Source of the DNA: an uncultured Cryomorphaceae bacterium
Lineage (GTDB): Bacteria; Bacteroidota; Bacteroidia; Flavobacteriales; UBA7430
Assembly: GCA_902551855.1 (NCBI GenBank)
Contig: CACDER010000003.1
Location: forward strand, 1-48,090
Direction: 5' to 3'
Length of the DNA: 48,090 nt
Below are positions 28,602-39,441 of this stretch, one piece after another; position 1 is the first letter of the stretch, and every line of letters begins with the position of its first letter. A program made the translations under genes and the position numbers. The notes below the pieces were generated by a model, which did not search any database, was not told where the DNA came from, and saw nothing but the letters and a program-made list of their open reading frames with translations.

Positions 28602-30047
28602 TTAAATTGATTTATTGTTTTCTAGCTTTAAAAATATTAATATATATAATATTGAAAAAATTGTACTCATGACAAATTTTTTATCATGAGTGTATTTCCA
28701 TGTTAAAAAAAGGAATAAAGCTAATGCAATGTAAAAAAATGATTTTTTTAGGTCATAATTTATTGGATTTATTTTTTGACAATAAATATATGAAATTGAT
28801 GACATTGTAATGTAACATACAAGAGTAGCCAAAGCTGAACCATAGTATGACAAATGAGGAATTAAAATTATATTTAATATTATTGTAATCAAAGCTCCCA
28901 GTAAAGAAAAATAAGCTCCATAATAAGTTTTATTATTAGTTTTGTACCATACAGATAAATTAAAATAAATTCCTAAGAATAAATTTGATAAAAGTAAAAT
29001 AGGAATTACATCTAAACCTTGATAATAAACGTTACTTTGAATAAAATATTTAAATAAATCAATAAACACACTTATAAATAAGAATATGAAACAACAAATT
29101 GCAATAAAGTAATTCATAATTTTTGATAAATGATTTTTTGTAGTTTCACTTTTATTTGTAAAAAAATAAGGTTCAAATCCCAGTTTAAAACCTTGGATAA
29201 AAATTGTCATAAAAATAGAAATTTTATAACAAGCACTATAAACCCCTATTTCAAATGAACTAATTTCATTTGGTAAAATTATTTTAAGTAATATTCTATC
29301 TCCAACTTCATTAATTACAAATGCAATGCCTGCGATTAGTAAAGGAAATGAATATTTAAACATTTGTTTCCAAATATTAACATCAAAATTTAGTTTTGAT
29401 TTCATAATATTTGGGAGTAATAAACAAAAAACTAAGAAACTTGATAATAAATTTGATATTAATATATATCCTATACCAAACTCAACAATATATATATTAT
29501 CAAAGTTATACGTAAAGAAGGTTTTGTTTTGAAGGTACGGACAAACAATAAAAAAGAACAGATTTAAAGCTATATTAACAGATACACCGAATATTTTTAT
29601 TTTAGAAAATAATATGGGTTTACCTTCAAGTCTTATTTTGGCAAAAGGAATTGTTGAGAGTATATCAAAAAAAATTATAAAAGTTAGTATAGAGATTAAA
29701 TTATAATTATTGACATCTAACAGAAAGAAAGAAATTTTTTTTTTAAAAAAGATAAAAAAAGATAAAAAAAATAATGAACTTGCTAGTAATGATAAAAAGC
29801 TAGTTGAAAAAATATCATCTTTATTTTCATATTTTGAACTAAAATATAAAAAAGAGGTCTCAAAACCGTATGTTAGTATAACCATTAAAATAGCGGCTAA
29901 TGACATTAAAATAGTTAACTCTCCATATTCATTAGGAGAAAAAATTTTAGTATATAGGGGGACAAGAAAAAAATTTAAGGTACGAGAAATAATACTTGTA
30001 AAACTATATATACTAGTACTTTTAAATAAAAATCTTAATCTAGTCAA
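28602..30047 (-). CDS. Oligosaccharide flippase / polysaccharide biosynthesis (MOP superfamily) protein
   Basis: About 14 hydrophobic segments; 'FFLVPLYT', 'TYGFET', 'YSFPL', 'G.YSACYK', 'NLSVWYK'. TTG start. Confidence 0.85.
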   Translation of the reverse strand: MTRLRFLFKSTSIYSFTSIISRTLNFFLVPLYTKIFSPNEYGELTILMSLAAILMVILTYGFETSFLYFSSKYENKDDIFSTSFLSLLASSLFFLSFFIFFKKKISFFLLDVNNYNLISILTFIIFFDILSTIPFAKIRLEGKPILFSKIKIFGVSVNIALNLFFFIVCPYLQNKTFFTYNFDNIYIVEFGIGYILISNLLSSFLVFCLLLPNIMKSKLNFDVNIWKQMFKYSFPLLIAGIAFVINEVGDRILLKIILPNEISSFEIGVYSACYKISIFMTIFIQGFKLGFEPYFFTNKSETTKNHLSKIMNYFIAICCFIFLFISVFIDLFKYFIQSNVYYQGLDVIPILLLSNLFLGIYFNLSVWYKTNNKTYYGAYFSLLGALITIILNIILIPHLSYYGSALATLVCYITMSSISYIYCQKINPINYDLKKSFFYIALALFLFLTWKYTHDKKFVMSTIFSILYILIFLKLENNKSI

Positions 30048-30053
30048 AATAAT

Positions 30054-30830
30054 TTAATTAAAAGTGGGTTTTCTCTTTTCCATAAATGCACTTGCTCCTT
30101 CTCTAAAGTCAGAGGAATTAAAACAGTCACTAAACTTTTCAATTTCATATTCAAAGCCATCTAAATTAAAGTTAAAACATGCATTTATACTTTCAATTGC
30201 GTTCCCAATTGAGTTAGGAGAATTATTGCATATTTGTTTTGCTAATTTTTTTGATTCTAAAATTAAATTTTCATTACTAACAACTAGATTTGTAATACCA
30301 TATTTTAATGCAGTTTTGGCATCAATAATTTCAGCACTCAAAATCATTTTTAAAGCTATACCTTTACCACATAATTGAGATAATCTTTGAGTACCTCCAT
30401 ATCCAGGGATTAGGCCCAAGGATACTTCAGGTAACCCAACTTTTGCATTTTCAGAAAATATTCTAATATGAGATGCTAAAGCTAGTTCTAACCCCCCACC
30501 TAAAGCGTATCCATTAACTGCAGATATTACAGGGGTTCTCATACATTCAATGTAATCAAATAAGTTTTTTTGACCACTTTTACTCATTTCAAAAGCTTCT
30601 TTTTTAGTAAAATTCGAAAACTCTTTAATATCAGCCCCTGCCACAAATGATTTATTACCTTGTCCAGTTATAATTACACATCTTATTTCTTTATTTTTTT
30701 CAACATTAATTAGTGCTTTGGAGAGTTCTTGAATTGTAGCAATATTTAAAGCATTTAAAAATTTTGGACGGTTAATAGTTATAACACTTATATAATTTTT
30801 GTTAGTGATTTCTATATTTTTATATTTCAT
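30054..30830 (-). CDS. Enoyl-CoA hydratase/isomerase (crotonase family)
   Basis: 'INRP..LNALN', 'FVAGADIKE', 'GYALGGGLELA', 'GLPEVSLGLIPGYGGTQRL', 'AFMEKRKP'. Confidence 0.95.
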   Translation of the reverse strand: MKYKNIEITNKNYISVITINRPKFLNALNIATIQELSKALINVEKNKEIRCVIITGQGNKSFVAGADIKEFSNFTKKEAFEMSKSGQKNLFDYIECMRTPVISAVNGYALGGGLELALASHIRIFSENAKVGLPEVSLGLIPGYGGTQRLSQLCGKGIALKMILSAEIIDAKTALKYGITNLVVSNENLILESKKLAKQICNNSPNSIGNAIESINACFNFNLDGFEYEIEKFSDCFNSSDFREGASAFMEKRKPTFN

Positions 30831-30911
30831 ATTTTAATTTTAGACTAAAATTAAAAATTTATTGATAAAATCAGTAAATAAAAAATATAAATGGGGAAAA
30901 TTTGAAATTTT

Positions 30912-31772
30912 TTAATTTTTGAGCGCCTCTGCTCCTCCAACAATTTCTAATATTTCATTTGTTATGGCTGCTTGCCTTTTTCTGTTATAGTTAAGCTTCA
31001 GTTCGTCTTTAAGTTGTTTGGCGTTATCAGTAGCTTTATGCATTGCGGTCATCCTTGCTCCATGTTCGGATGCAAAGGAGTCTAGTAAAGATTTATAAAA
31101 CTGAATTTTTAGTGCATTAGGAATAATATTTTTTATCAGATTTTCAATGTTGGGTTCAAAAATATAATTTTTAGATTTAATATTTTTTTCTGTTTCAACT
31201 TTAATAGGTAGGAAGTTTTCTACTTTAATATTTTGAGTGGCTGCATTTTTAAATTCGTTATAAATTAATTTTATAGCATCAAATTTTTTAGTTAAAAATA
31301 AATTTATAAGTTCTGAAGAAATATTTGTAGAATTACTAAAGTTCAAATTATCGAAAATAGAATAATTATAATGTAAAATTTCATACCTTGAGTTGAAGTA
31401 TTCGTAAGATTTTTTACCAATTGGAAAAACTTTAACATCATTTTTTGAATATTTAAGCAATTCTTTTTCAGTTCTTTTAAATATATTATTGTTAAAAGCC
31501 CCACATAGTCCCCTATTTGAGCTTACAGGGACAATTAAAAGATTTTTAGCTTGGGTATTTAAATTAAAGGGATTTTCAACTTCTTCATTAATTTGAGTAA
31601 AACTTATAATTTTTACTAACTCATCTAACTTAGCTGTATATGGTTTAATTTGAGCAATAGCATTTTGTGCTTTCTTCAATTTTGCAGCAGAAACCATCTT
31701 CATTGCACTCGTAATTTGCATTGTTGAAGATACAGAATTAATTCTTGTTCTTATTTCTTTTAAATTAGCCAT
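30912..31772 (-). CDS. atpG: ATP synthase F1 gamma subunit
   Basis: 'QITSAMKMVSAAK', 'RGLCGAFN', 'ASEHGARMTAM..ATDNA', 'RQAAITNEILEIVGGA'. Confidence 0.98.
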   Translation of the reverse strand: MANLKEIRTRINSVSSTMQITSAMKMVSAAKLKKAQNAIAQIKPYTAKLDELVKIISFTQINEEVENPFNLNTQAKNLLIVPVSSNRGLCGAFNNNIFKRTEKELLKYSKNDVKVFPIGKKSYEYFNSRYEILHYNYSIFDNLNFSNSTNISSELINLFLTKKFDAIKLIYNEFKNAATQNIKVENFLPIKVETEKNIKSKNYIFEPNIENLIKNIIPNALKIQFYKSLLDSFASEHGARMTAMHKATDNAKQLKDELKLNYNRKRQAAITNEILEIVGGAEALKN

Positions 31773-31786
31773 ATATAAATAACATA

Positions 31787-33364
31787 TTAGGTATATTTTA
31801 ATGTAAGATTTTTCGCGGTATGTTCAATTGCAATGATTGCTTTTTCAGATAGAATACCATTTTTTAAATCATTTAATTCATTGGAGTTTTTATTCTTTAA
31901 AATTGATAAAAATTCACTCTCAAATTCTTTTATTTTATTGATTGGGACATTTGAGAGTAAATTTTTAGTCCCGCAGTAAATAATAGCAATTTGTTCCTCA
32001 ACAGGTAGAGGAGAATTTAGACCTTGCTTTAAAATTTCAACATTTCTTTTACCTTTATTTATTATTGAGAGTGTAGCTTCATCAAGGTCTGAACCAAATT
32101 TTGCAAATGCTTCTAGTTCTCTGTATTGAGCCTGGTCAAGTTTTAGTGTACCGGAAACTTTCTTCATGGATTTTATTTGGGCTGAACCCCCAACTCTCGA
32201 AACAGAAATTCCTACATTAATTGCTGGTCTTACTCCAGAATTAAATAGGTCAGCTTCTAAAAAGATTTGACCATCAGTTATAGAAATCACATTTGTAGGA
32301 ATATAAGCAGACACATCTCCAGCTTGGGTTTCAATAATTGGTAGAGCAGTTAAAGACCCGCCCCCTTTAGCAATTTTATTTAACGATTCAGGTAGGTCAT
32401 TCATATTTTTAGCAATATCATCGGATAAGTTAATTTTAGCTGCTCTTTCAAGTAATCTTGAATGCAGAAAAAAAACATCACCAGGGTAAGCTTCTCTTCC
32501 TGGAGGCCTTCTCAAGAGAAGAGAGACTTCTCTGTAAGCAACTGCTTGTTTTGACAAATCATCGTAAATAATTAAAGAATGCCTTCCAGTATCTCTAAAA
32601 TATTCTCCAATCGCAGCTCCTGCAAAAGGAGCATAAAATTGCATTGGTGCAGGATCTGATGCATTGGCGGCTACAATTACAGTATATTTCATAGCTCCAG
32701 CTTCTTCAAGCGTTTTAACAATATTGGCAACAGTAGATCCTTTTTGCCCTATCGCTACATAAATACAAAATACAGGATTTCCAGCGTCAAAAAATTCTTT
32801 TTGGTTTATTATAGTATCAATTGCAACAGAAGTCTTCCCAGTTTGCCTGTCACCAATGATAAGTTCTCTTTGCCCTCTTCCGATGGGGATCATTGAGTCA
32901 ATTGCTTTTATACCAGTTTGTAAAGGCTCATTTACTGGTTGTCTATAAATAACTCCTGGTGCTGTTCTTTCTAGAGGCATTTCGTATGTTTGATCCAATA
33001 TAGGTCCTTTACCATCAATTGGGGTACCAAGGGGATCTACAACTCTTCCAAGCATGTTATCATTAACATTAATGGAAGCAATTTTACCTGTCCTTTTGAC
33101 AGTCTCACCTTCAACAATATTTTTTGATGAGCCTAGTAATACAACTCCAATGTTATCCTCTTCCAAATTGAGGACTATACCTTTGAGACCAGAGCTAAAT
33201 TCAACTAACTCTCCAGAGTAAACATTATTAAGTCCATAAATTCTTGCTATACCATCTCCAACTTCTAGAACTGAGCCTACCTCAGAGATTTCAACGTCAG
33301 ATTTAAATCCAGATAATTGTTCTTTAATTATATTTGATATTTCAGCAGGTTTTATATTTGTCAT
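31787..33364 (-). CDS. atpA: ATP synthase F1 alpha subunit
   Basis: 'GDGIARI', 'GDRQTGKT', '[14 protein letters not shown]', '[13 protein letters not shown]'. Confidence 0.99.
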   Translation of the reverse strand: MTNIKPAEISNIIKEQLSGFKSDVEISEVGSVLEVGDGIARIYGLNNVYSGELVEFSSGLKGIVLNLEEDNIGVVLLGSSKNIVEGETVKRTGKIASINVNDNMLGRVVDPLGTPIDGKGPILDQTYEMPLERTAPGVIYRQPVNEPLQTGIKAIDSMIPIGRGQRELIIGDRQTGKTSVAIDTIINQKEFFDAGNPVFCIYVAIGQKGSTVANIVKTLEEAGAMKYTVIVAANASDPAPMQFYAPFAGAAIGEYFRDTGRHSLIIYDDLSKQAVAYREVSLLLRRPPGREAYPGDVFFLHSRLLERAAKINLSDDIAKNMNDLPESLNKIAKGGGSLTALPIIETQAGDVSAYIPTNVISITDGQIFLEADLFNSGVRPAINVGISVSRVGGSAQIKSMKKVSGTLKLDQAQYRELEAFAKFGSDLDEATLSIINKGKRNVEILKQGLNSPLPVEEQIAIIYCGTKNLLSNVPINKIKEFESEFLSILKNKNSNELNDLKNGILSEKAIIAIEHTAKNLTLKYT

Positions 33365-33366
33365 AA

Positions 33367-33927
33367 TTAAAATTGTTTAATGTATGTTTTGGTATTTATT
33401 TTCTTCTTCAAGGATTCTAATTGATTTTTTACACTTGAGTTATATTCCATATCAAAAATATTCAATGTAAAACCTCCAATTAACGATGAATCAACTTTTT
33501 CATCTAGTATAATTTTAAATTTATTTTTGAATGAATTTTGAATTTTATTTAAAAATTTACTTTTGGTATATTCTGAAATATTATGAGCTGTTGTCAATTT
33601 TACAACCAATATGTTTTTGTGATCGTTGTAGAGTAATTTAAATTGGTCAATTACGTCAAATAAAAACGATTCTCTTTTTTTCATAATTAGAAGAGTAATA
33701 AATGAAAATGTGAAAGGACTAATATGATCTTTAAAAATAAGTTCAAAAATATTTATTTTTTTTTCATTTTTTATGATAGGACTTTTTAAAAGATTTTTGA
33801 ATTCTACATTACTATCAAAACTTTGAATTAAATCTAAGTCATCTTTTATTTTTTCTAAAAGTTTATTTTTGATTGCTAAAGAAATTAATGATTTTGCATA
33901 CCGTAAAGATACTTTGATATTTCTCAT
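33367..33927 (-). CDS. atpH: ATP synthase F1 delta subunit
   Basis: 'RYAKSL', 'SPII', 'VDSSLIGGF'; operon position. Confidence 0.93.
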   Translation of the reverse strand: MRNIKVSLRYAKSLISLAIKNKLLEKIKDDLDLIQSFDSNVEFKNLLKSPIIKNEKKINIFELIFKDHISPFTFSFITLLIMKKRESFLFDVIDQFKLLYNDHKNILVVKLTTAHNISEYTKSKFLNKIQNSFKNKFKIILDEKVDSSLIGGFTLNIFDMEYNSSVKNQLESLKKKINTKTYIKQF

Positions 33928-34418
33928 TGCATTTTCATATTTTTGATCATATCAGCAATTAAATCTTGATGAGTATTTTCATCTGTGAGTTCTTTAGAAA
34001 GAATTTTTTTTGATATTTCAATTGATAGCATTCCAACCTGATTATTAAAATCTGCTTTAAGTGCAGCTTCATCATTTTTTATTTTTTCATTTGCATTTTT
34101 TATAATTTGCTCTTTCTTTTTATTTCCCTCATTTTTAGCATCTGATATAATTTTATTACTAATTTCTTTTGCTTCTTTAATTAAGTTATCTCTTTCCAAT
34201 AATGTCTTTTTTATAATTTCATCATTTTTAGCATGTAAACTAATCATTTTTTTTTCTGCTTCCTCAGCACTCATAAGAGCATTTTTAATTTTTGTATTTC
34301 TTGCATCAACATTGTCTATTATTGGCTTCCAAGCAAACTTTTTTAGTATTAAAAGTAAGATTATAAAAACTATAGAAGTCCAAAAAATTAATCCAAAGTC
34401 TGGGGTAACTAAATTCAT
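33924..34418 (-). CDS. atpF: ATP synthase F0 b subunit
   Basis: 'PDFGLIFW', one TM helix, 'KFAWKPI', coiled coil. Confidence 0.95.
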   Translation of the reverse strand: MNLVTPDFGLIFWTSIVFIILLLILKKFAWKPIIDNVDARNTKIKNALMSAEEAEKKMISLHAKNDEIIKKTLLERDNLIKEAKEISNKIISDAKNEGNKKKEQIIKNANEKIKNDEAALKADFNNQVGMLSIEISKKILSKELTDENTHQDLIADMIKNMKMQ

Positions 34419-34446
34419 ATTAAAAAATTTTAATTAAAAAATCTAC

Positions 34447-34467
34447 ATGCCCGAATTTATCGGGCAT
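34447..34467 (-). terminator. Stem-loop between atpE and atpF (mRNA stabiliser or leaky terminator)
   Basis: Perfect 8-bp inverted repeat ATGCCCGA / TCGGGCAT with a 5-nt loop, 7 nt after the atpE stop. The U-run starts several nt downstream rather than flush with the stem. Confidence 0.65.
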
Positions 34468-34474
34468 ATAAATA

Positions 34475-34696
<222 letters not shown>

Positions 34697-34718
34697 TTAA
34701 TAATTAATCGAATTAAAG

Positions 34719-35786
34719 TTAATGATGTTCAGCTACTGCTTGTCCTATAAACAATGCTGATAATAATGTAAATATATATGCTTGAAGTAACGCAACAAGT
34801 AGTTCTAAAATATTCATAAATAAAACAAATCCCACTGAAATAGGCGCAATGAAGATAGATTTAAAAATAAATATTAGAGATATTAGACTTAATATTATAA
34901 TATGTCCAGCAGTTATATTCGCAAATAATCTGATCATTAGTGCAAATGGTTTAGTAATAACTCCAATTATTTCAATTGGGACCATTATAGGATATAATAC
35001 TAGTGGGACTGATGGCATAAATATATGCTTCCAATAATTTTTATTGCCAGAAATATTTGTGATAAATAAAGTGAAAAAAGAAAGAGTAAGTGTAACAGCA
35101 ATATTCCCAGTTAAATTTGCACCACTTGGAATTAATCCAAGCAAATTATTAATGAAAATAAAAAAGAATACAGTTAGTAAATACGGTAAGAATTTTTTGT
35201 GGTTTTTCACTCCAATATTTGGAATAGCAATATTATCTTTGACAAAAACAACTAATGGTTCCGTAAAAGATAAAAATCCATTTGGGATTGTGATATTTTC
35301 TTTTTTTGCTTTAAATCCAGAAGAAACAAAAATTAATAATAATAATAATAAAGATATAAACATAGAAAAAACATTTTTTGTAATTGAAAGATCTAAAGGT
35401 TTAGAGGCATTTATTACTTCATGATTTTCATTGAACAATAATTTTTTTTCTCCATAATTAAGTTGATAAATTGTTTCATGAAATTTGGAGAATTTTTTAT
35501 TGTTAATATTAACTACTTCTGATCCATCATCGTTATGGTTAAATTCGCTTGACATAAAAATATCAAATTTATTATTATTAAATAATATAATTGGAAGAGG
35601 AATTGAAAAGGAATGATTTACATTATTTTTATCAGTGTAGTTAAAAAAATGGAGTTCATGTGAATCTCCTATGTGATGCATAATTATGTCAACAAAACTT
35701 TTTTCTGAGCTTTTAGATGATTCTGCTGAAAGATTTGAAGTGATTAAAAAAAAACAAAGTATTATAAAATTTGTTAAATGTTTCAC
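34719..35786 (-). CDS. atpB: ATP synthase F0 a subunit (long Bacteroidota form)
   Basis: 'HHIGDSH', 'DLSITKNV', 'NLLGLIP', 'KPFALMIRLFANITAGH', 'LQAYIFTLLS'. GTG start. Confidence 0.97.
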   Translation of the reverse strand: MKHLTNFIILCFFLITSNLSAESSKSSEKSFVDIIMHHIGDSHELHFFNYTDKNNVNHSFSIPLPIILFNNNKFDIFMSSEFNHNDDGSEVVNINNKKFSKFHETIYQLNYGEKKLLFNENHEVINASKPLDLSITKNVFSMFISLLLLLLIFVSSGFKAKKENITIPNGFLSFTEPLVVFVKDNIAIPNIGVKNHKKFLPYLLTVFFFIFINNLLGLIPSGANLTGNIAVTLTLSFFTLFITNISGNKNYWKHIFMPSVPLVLYPIMVPIEIIGVITKPFALMIRLFANITAGHIIILSLISLIFIFKSIFIAPISVGFVLFMNILELLVALLQAYIFTLLSALFIGQAVAEHH

Positions 35787-35814
35787 TGAATTATATATAA
35801 ATTAAATTAGTGCT

Positions 35815-35822
35815 CAAAAATA
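35815..35822 (-). promoter_or_regulatory. Candidate internal -7 box (TATTTTTG) for atpBEFHAG
   Basis: TAnnTTTG 28 nt upstream of the atpB GTG, in the 87-nt gap. Confidence 0.55.
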
Positions 35823-35873
35823 GAAATATTTTTAATAAAAAAGTAATAACTAATAACATAATATTCTGAATTT

Positions 35874-36218
35874 TTATATTTTTTTCAACTTAATTATTTT
35901 TATTAATAAGTCTAATATTAAATATAACATATAAGTAATCAAGAAATACATTGAGTCAAGAGTGTTAAAAAAATTCATGTTAATTACAATAAACATAAAA
36001 GTTATAGTTAGGATGAATTTGACAAAATTTGTTAAAAGAAATACTAACCCAATCTTTTTTTCATTTTTATTAAAATAAAATGATAATATATTGAAAATCA
36101 CAAATACAAAAAATAAATATAAATGAGTTGTAATAATTGTAAAATTTGAAATTTTTTTTAAAAAAATAAAAAAAACAGTAAAATTTAAAATAATAAAATT
36201 TAAAATTAATTTAGTCAT
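35874..36218 (-). CDS. AtpI-like four-helix membrane protein
   Basis: Four hydrophobic segments; 'GLVFL....VKF'; lies between atpZ and atpB and overlaps the atpZ stop by 8 nt. Confidence 0.65.
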   Translation of the reverse strand: MTKLILNFIILNFTVFFIFLKKISNFTIITTHLYLFFVFVIFNILSFYFNKNEKKIGLVFLLTNFVKFILTITFMFIVINMNFFNTLDSMYFLITYMLYLILDLLIKIIKLKKI

Positions 36219-36420
36219 TTTTTATTTTGTAAATAAAAAAAATCATTGAGGATAGAACTGAAAATACAGAAAAAAAAATTGTAAAAAAGATTTCAAAATT
36301 ATAATATTGATCAATCTTTGCACCCAGAGAAGTCCCAATATAAATTATCATGCCCATTTGTAAGGCAATATTTGAAAATTTAAGAAATTGCTTTGATTTC
36401 TTTTTCTTTTGGTTTTCCAT
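36211..36420 (-). CDS. AtpZ/AtpI family protein
   Basis: 'KFSNIALQMG.II..G...G..ID'; two TM helices; upstream of atpB. Confidence 0.85.
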   Translation of the reverse strand: MENQKKKKSKQFLKFSNIALQMGMIIYIGTSLGAKIDQYYNFEIFFTIFFSVFSVLSSMIFFIYKIKND

Positions 36421-36814
36421 TTGGATTAGACGAAGATATATTTTTTATTGAAGCTCCCATACTACATGTACCAGAAAAATGAGCTCCAGGCTCAACGGAT
36501 AGCTTGTTCGTTGTTATATTTCCATTAATATAAGCACTGCTTTTAAGGATAAGTAATTCTTGAACATTAATTTTTGCATTAAGTTTTCCAGCTATTATAG
36601 CATTTTGACAAATAATATCACCCTCTACAAAACCTGATTCACCAAGGACGAGTTTTCCTTTAGTTTTTATTTGACCTTTAATCGTCCCGTCAATTCTAAT
36701 ATCAGCATCAGTAATTATATTTCCATCAAATACACTACCATTACCTATAGAATTTACGGAAGAACCATTTTTTTCGTTAATATTAGTCATTTTATAGTTT
36801 GATTTATTGAACAT
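36380..36814 (-). CDS. Bactofilin (polymer-forming cytoskeletal protein)
   Basis: Beta-helix repeats 'IGNGSVFDGNI', 'IRIDGTIKGQI', 'VEGDI', 'INGNI', 'LSVEPGAHFSGTCSM'; N-terminal 'MFNK'. Confidence 0.92.
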   Translation of the reverse strand: MFNKSNYKMTNINEKNGSSVNSIGNGSVFDGNIITDADIRIDGTIKGQIKTKGKLVLGESGFVEGDIICQNAIIAGKLNAKINVQELLILKSSAYINGNITTNKLSVEPGAHFSGTCSMGASIKNISSSNPNGKPKEKEIKAIS

Positions 36815-36820
36815 TTCACT

Positions 36821-39340
36821 TTAATTAAAATATTTATCTTCAAAATAAACTAAGTATTTATCTAAAGATTTGTCTTTGTAAAAAGATTTAAAATTATTTG
36901 AAGATATGATAAAATATTCATATTCTGAAACACCAAGATAATCTCTTACAGATTTTAAACTTTTAATCCCCTCAAGATAACTCATTGCTGATTGCATTTT
37001 ATCAAATTTTTTCACGATAACAAGTTGGTAATTTATATCTAACATTAGGCTTTGAGTTTTTAATTTATCTAAACTAAAAAACTTAGAATTAAAATTTGAT
37101 ATCATTATTTTAATTTTATTTAAATTAAACCTACCATTCTCGATGGCTAGTATAAAGAAGTGTTCTTCATTAAAATCTAGTTCAAATGAGGTGTTATTTA
37201 AATCTTCTTCTTCTGTTTGAAGATAAGATAATATTGATTGAGCTTCATTAACAACATCTCCTGATTTATAATTTGAAATTAATTTATTTAAATACAACAT
37301 CAAACTATCTTCACCGAAGTTAAACCCCTTAATGTATGCTTCGATCAAATCAATTTTCTGAATTAAATCAATTTTCTGAAATGATTTTTTTAACCTATTT
37401 ATTTTAAATAAACTTGAATCATAATTTTCATTTATAAAATCAGAATATATTAAATTATAATTAATTTCAGAACTGTCAACATAATTTGATTCGCTGAAAT
37501 TTTCAAAGGAACTTTCTATCATACTTAAATAAATACTATTAGGATATTCTTGAATTAATCTCTCTAAATACTCTTTAGCTTTTAATGAGTCATTATCCTG
37601 ATTATGACAATTATATAACTGGAAATAACAAAGAGGTTGGTATGAACTATTTGGATATTTATTAATGATATCTTTAAATGAAATTGAGGCTTCTTTGTAA
37701 TCCTTAATATATTCTTTAAAGATCAGTCCAATTTGATAATATGAATCTATAATTATTTCATTAGCAACAACTTTAGATGAATCAGAAAAGGGAATAAGAG
37801 TAAGATAGTAATCTTTATCTAATTCATCACCCTCATTTACTGATAATTCATCATCAATAACAATTTGTTCTTTATTTTTTCTTCTCCAATTATCTTCTAA
37901 TTTTCTTTCTCCCCACTTATTAATAAATTCTGAAAGGCCAAAACTAGTTGCTGATGAATTATAAAAATACCAACCTCCTCCACTTAAAGAGGGATTAAAC
38001 TGATTTTGATTATTAGAAAACCCAATATTTTTATTGTTTTGTAAAATTTGTTCTTTTAATTGAATTTCTTCTTTCTTTTTATCAATTATTTTCATAATCA
38101 AATTATCTAATTCATCTACACTTAATTCTGATAATTTTAGAAGACTGTCTTGTTCTTGAATTTTATTATATAAATTATTTAAAGTGTTTAGGTTAGCTTT
38201 TTTATTAAAATATTCAGTATATTTTGGATGAGTACTATTTAGATATAATAGTGCTGTGTCATAGTGAACTTTTGCTTTAGAATAATTTTTTTGGTTAAAG
38301 AAAATTTCCGCAAGCCCCAGATGAGATATGGATTTTTGTTGTTTATTTTCATCATTATAATAAGTTGAGCTTAATAAATTTTCCAAAGTCTTCTCTATGT
38401 CATTTTGTTTAAAATAAATTTGAGATAAAGCATAATAAATTTGATCTTTAAATTTATTATTTTTCTCGTCGTTAAGTAGTTTAGATATATCAGAAATTAA
38501 TTTAGAGGGAGTTTGTTTATTTGGATCAAAACATTTGGCTCTTTCAAGATATGCATTGAAAATAAGTTCATATCCCTGATTCAGTTTTATTACTTTATCA
38601 AAATAAAGTGTGGCATAATCATAAGATTCAATTTTTGAATATATTTGAGCTATTATAAAATAATTTCTTGATTTTTTTTCTTTTTTGACATTTTTTGAAT
38701 TAATAGCTTTTAAATATTTAATTGCTAAATTCCAATTTTTCTTTCTTAAGTGATAATTAGTAATAATTTCATTTAATAAAATTTCATCGTTTTTTTTTAA
38801 TTTTAATTCAGTCTCGATATAAAGAATCTGTTTCTCTGCAGTTGTAAAGTTTTCAGTAAGAACTTGGCACCACAAAGACCATAATTTAGCTTGATTTGAA
38901 GTATATGAGTCAAAATTCCTCGAGATTAAAGAAAAAATTTCAATAGCTTTTCCATATTCTTGTTTATAAAAAAAGGATTTTCCAATTATTAAATATGCGT
39001 CATCAATAAGTTTATTTTTCTCATTTCCTTTAATTTTCATTGAATGATAATCTATTACTTTTTTTGCTTTATCAATAGATCTATTTAGTTGAGGGTATAT
39101 TTTTTGGATATTTGATTCATTTCCGATTATTCTAACTGGGAGAATTTCATTGTAATTTTCTTCATGTAATGAAGATAGTTTATCCAAAGCTTCTTTAAAA
39201 CTTTCTTTTGCATAAAATAAAGCATTATATTTAGCATTTAATCTATGATAAAGTCTATTTCGAAATTTATCTTTTTGGGTTGAGCAAGAAAATAAAATAA
39301 GAGATAGAAAAAAAACAAAAAATTTTAATGAAATTTTCAC
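36821..39340 (-). CDS. porW: T9SS TPR lipoprotein PorW/SprE
   Basis: Lipobox 'LFSC', then 'STQKD...NR.YH.LNAKYN..F', 'IDDAYLIIGKS', 'WYFYN', 'F...WGERKLEDNWR'; TPR helices. GTG start. Confidence 0.82.
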   Translation of the reverse strand: MKISLKFFVFFLSLILFSCSTQKDKFRNRLYHRLNAKYNALFYAKESFKEALDKLSSLHEENYNEILPVRIIGNESNIQKIYPQLNRSIDKAKKVIDYHSMKIKGNEKNKLIDDAYLIIGKSFFYKQEYGKAIEIFSLISRNFDSYTSNQAKLWSLWCQVLTENFTTAEKQILYIETELKLKKNDEILLNEIITNYHLRKKNWNLAIKYLKAINSKNVKKEKKSRNYFIIAQIYSKIESYDYATLYFDKVIKLNQGYELIFNAYLERAKCFDPNKQTPSKLISDISKLLNDEKNNKFKDQIYYALSQIYFKQNDIEKTLENLLSSTYYNDENKQQKSISHLGLAEIFFNQKNYSKAKVHYDTALLYLNSTHPKYTEYFNKKANLNTLNNLYNKIQEQDSLLKLSELSVDELDNLIMKIIDKKKEEIQLKEQILQNNKNIGFSNNQNQFNPSLSGGGWYFYNSSATSFGLSEFINKWGERKLEDNWRRKNKEQIVIDDELSVNEGDELDKDYYLTLIPFSDSSKVVANEIIIDSYYQIGLIFKEYIKDYKEASISFKDIINKYPNSSYQPLCYFQLYNCHNQDNDSLKAKEYLERLIQEYPNSIYLSMIESSFENFSESNYVDSSEINYNLIYSDFINENYDSSLFKINRLKKSFQKIDLIQKIDLIEAYIKGFNFGEDSLMLYLNKLISNYKSGDVVNEAQSILSYLQTEEEDLNNTSFELDFNEEHFFILAIENGRFNLNKIKIMISNFNSKFFSLDKLKTQSLMLDINYQLVIVKKFDKMQSAMSYLEGIKSLKSVRDYLGVSEYEYFIISSNNFKSFYKDKSLDKYLVYFEDKYFN

Positions 39341-39421
39341 TTATTTTTTAATAATTTACCTTACTAATAACGAAAAAATTATAGTTATATATCAATTTAA
39401 ATTAAATATATGATAATATTT

Positions 39422-39429
39422 TAAATTTG
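39422..39429 (+). promoter_or_regulatory. -7 box (TAAATTTG) for the M23-GH3 pair
   Basis: TAnnTTTG 12 nt upstream of ATG 39442. Confidence 0.55.
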
Positions 39430-39441
39430 GATCATTAATTT

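Noticed and set aside
24062..29744. Runs of 9-10 T/A in the envC-like and flippase genes as phase-variation tracts
   Set aside because: Reading frames are intact, and such runs are expected from Lys/Phe codons in very AT-rich DNA.
35472..35485. TGTTTCATGAAAT as a second parS
   Set aside because: It lacks the CACGTG core and has the wrong length. It is an AT-rich palindrome inside atpB.
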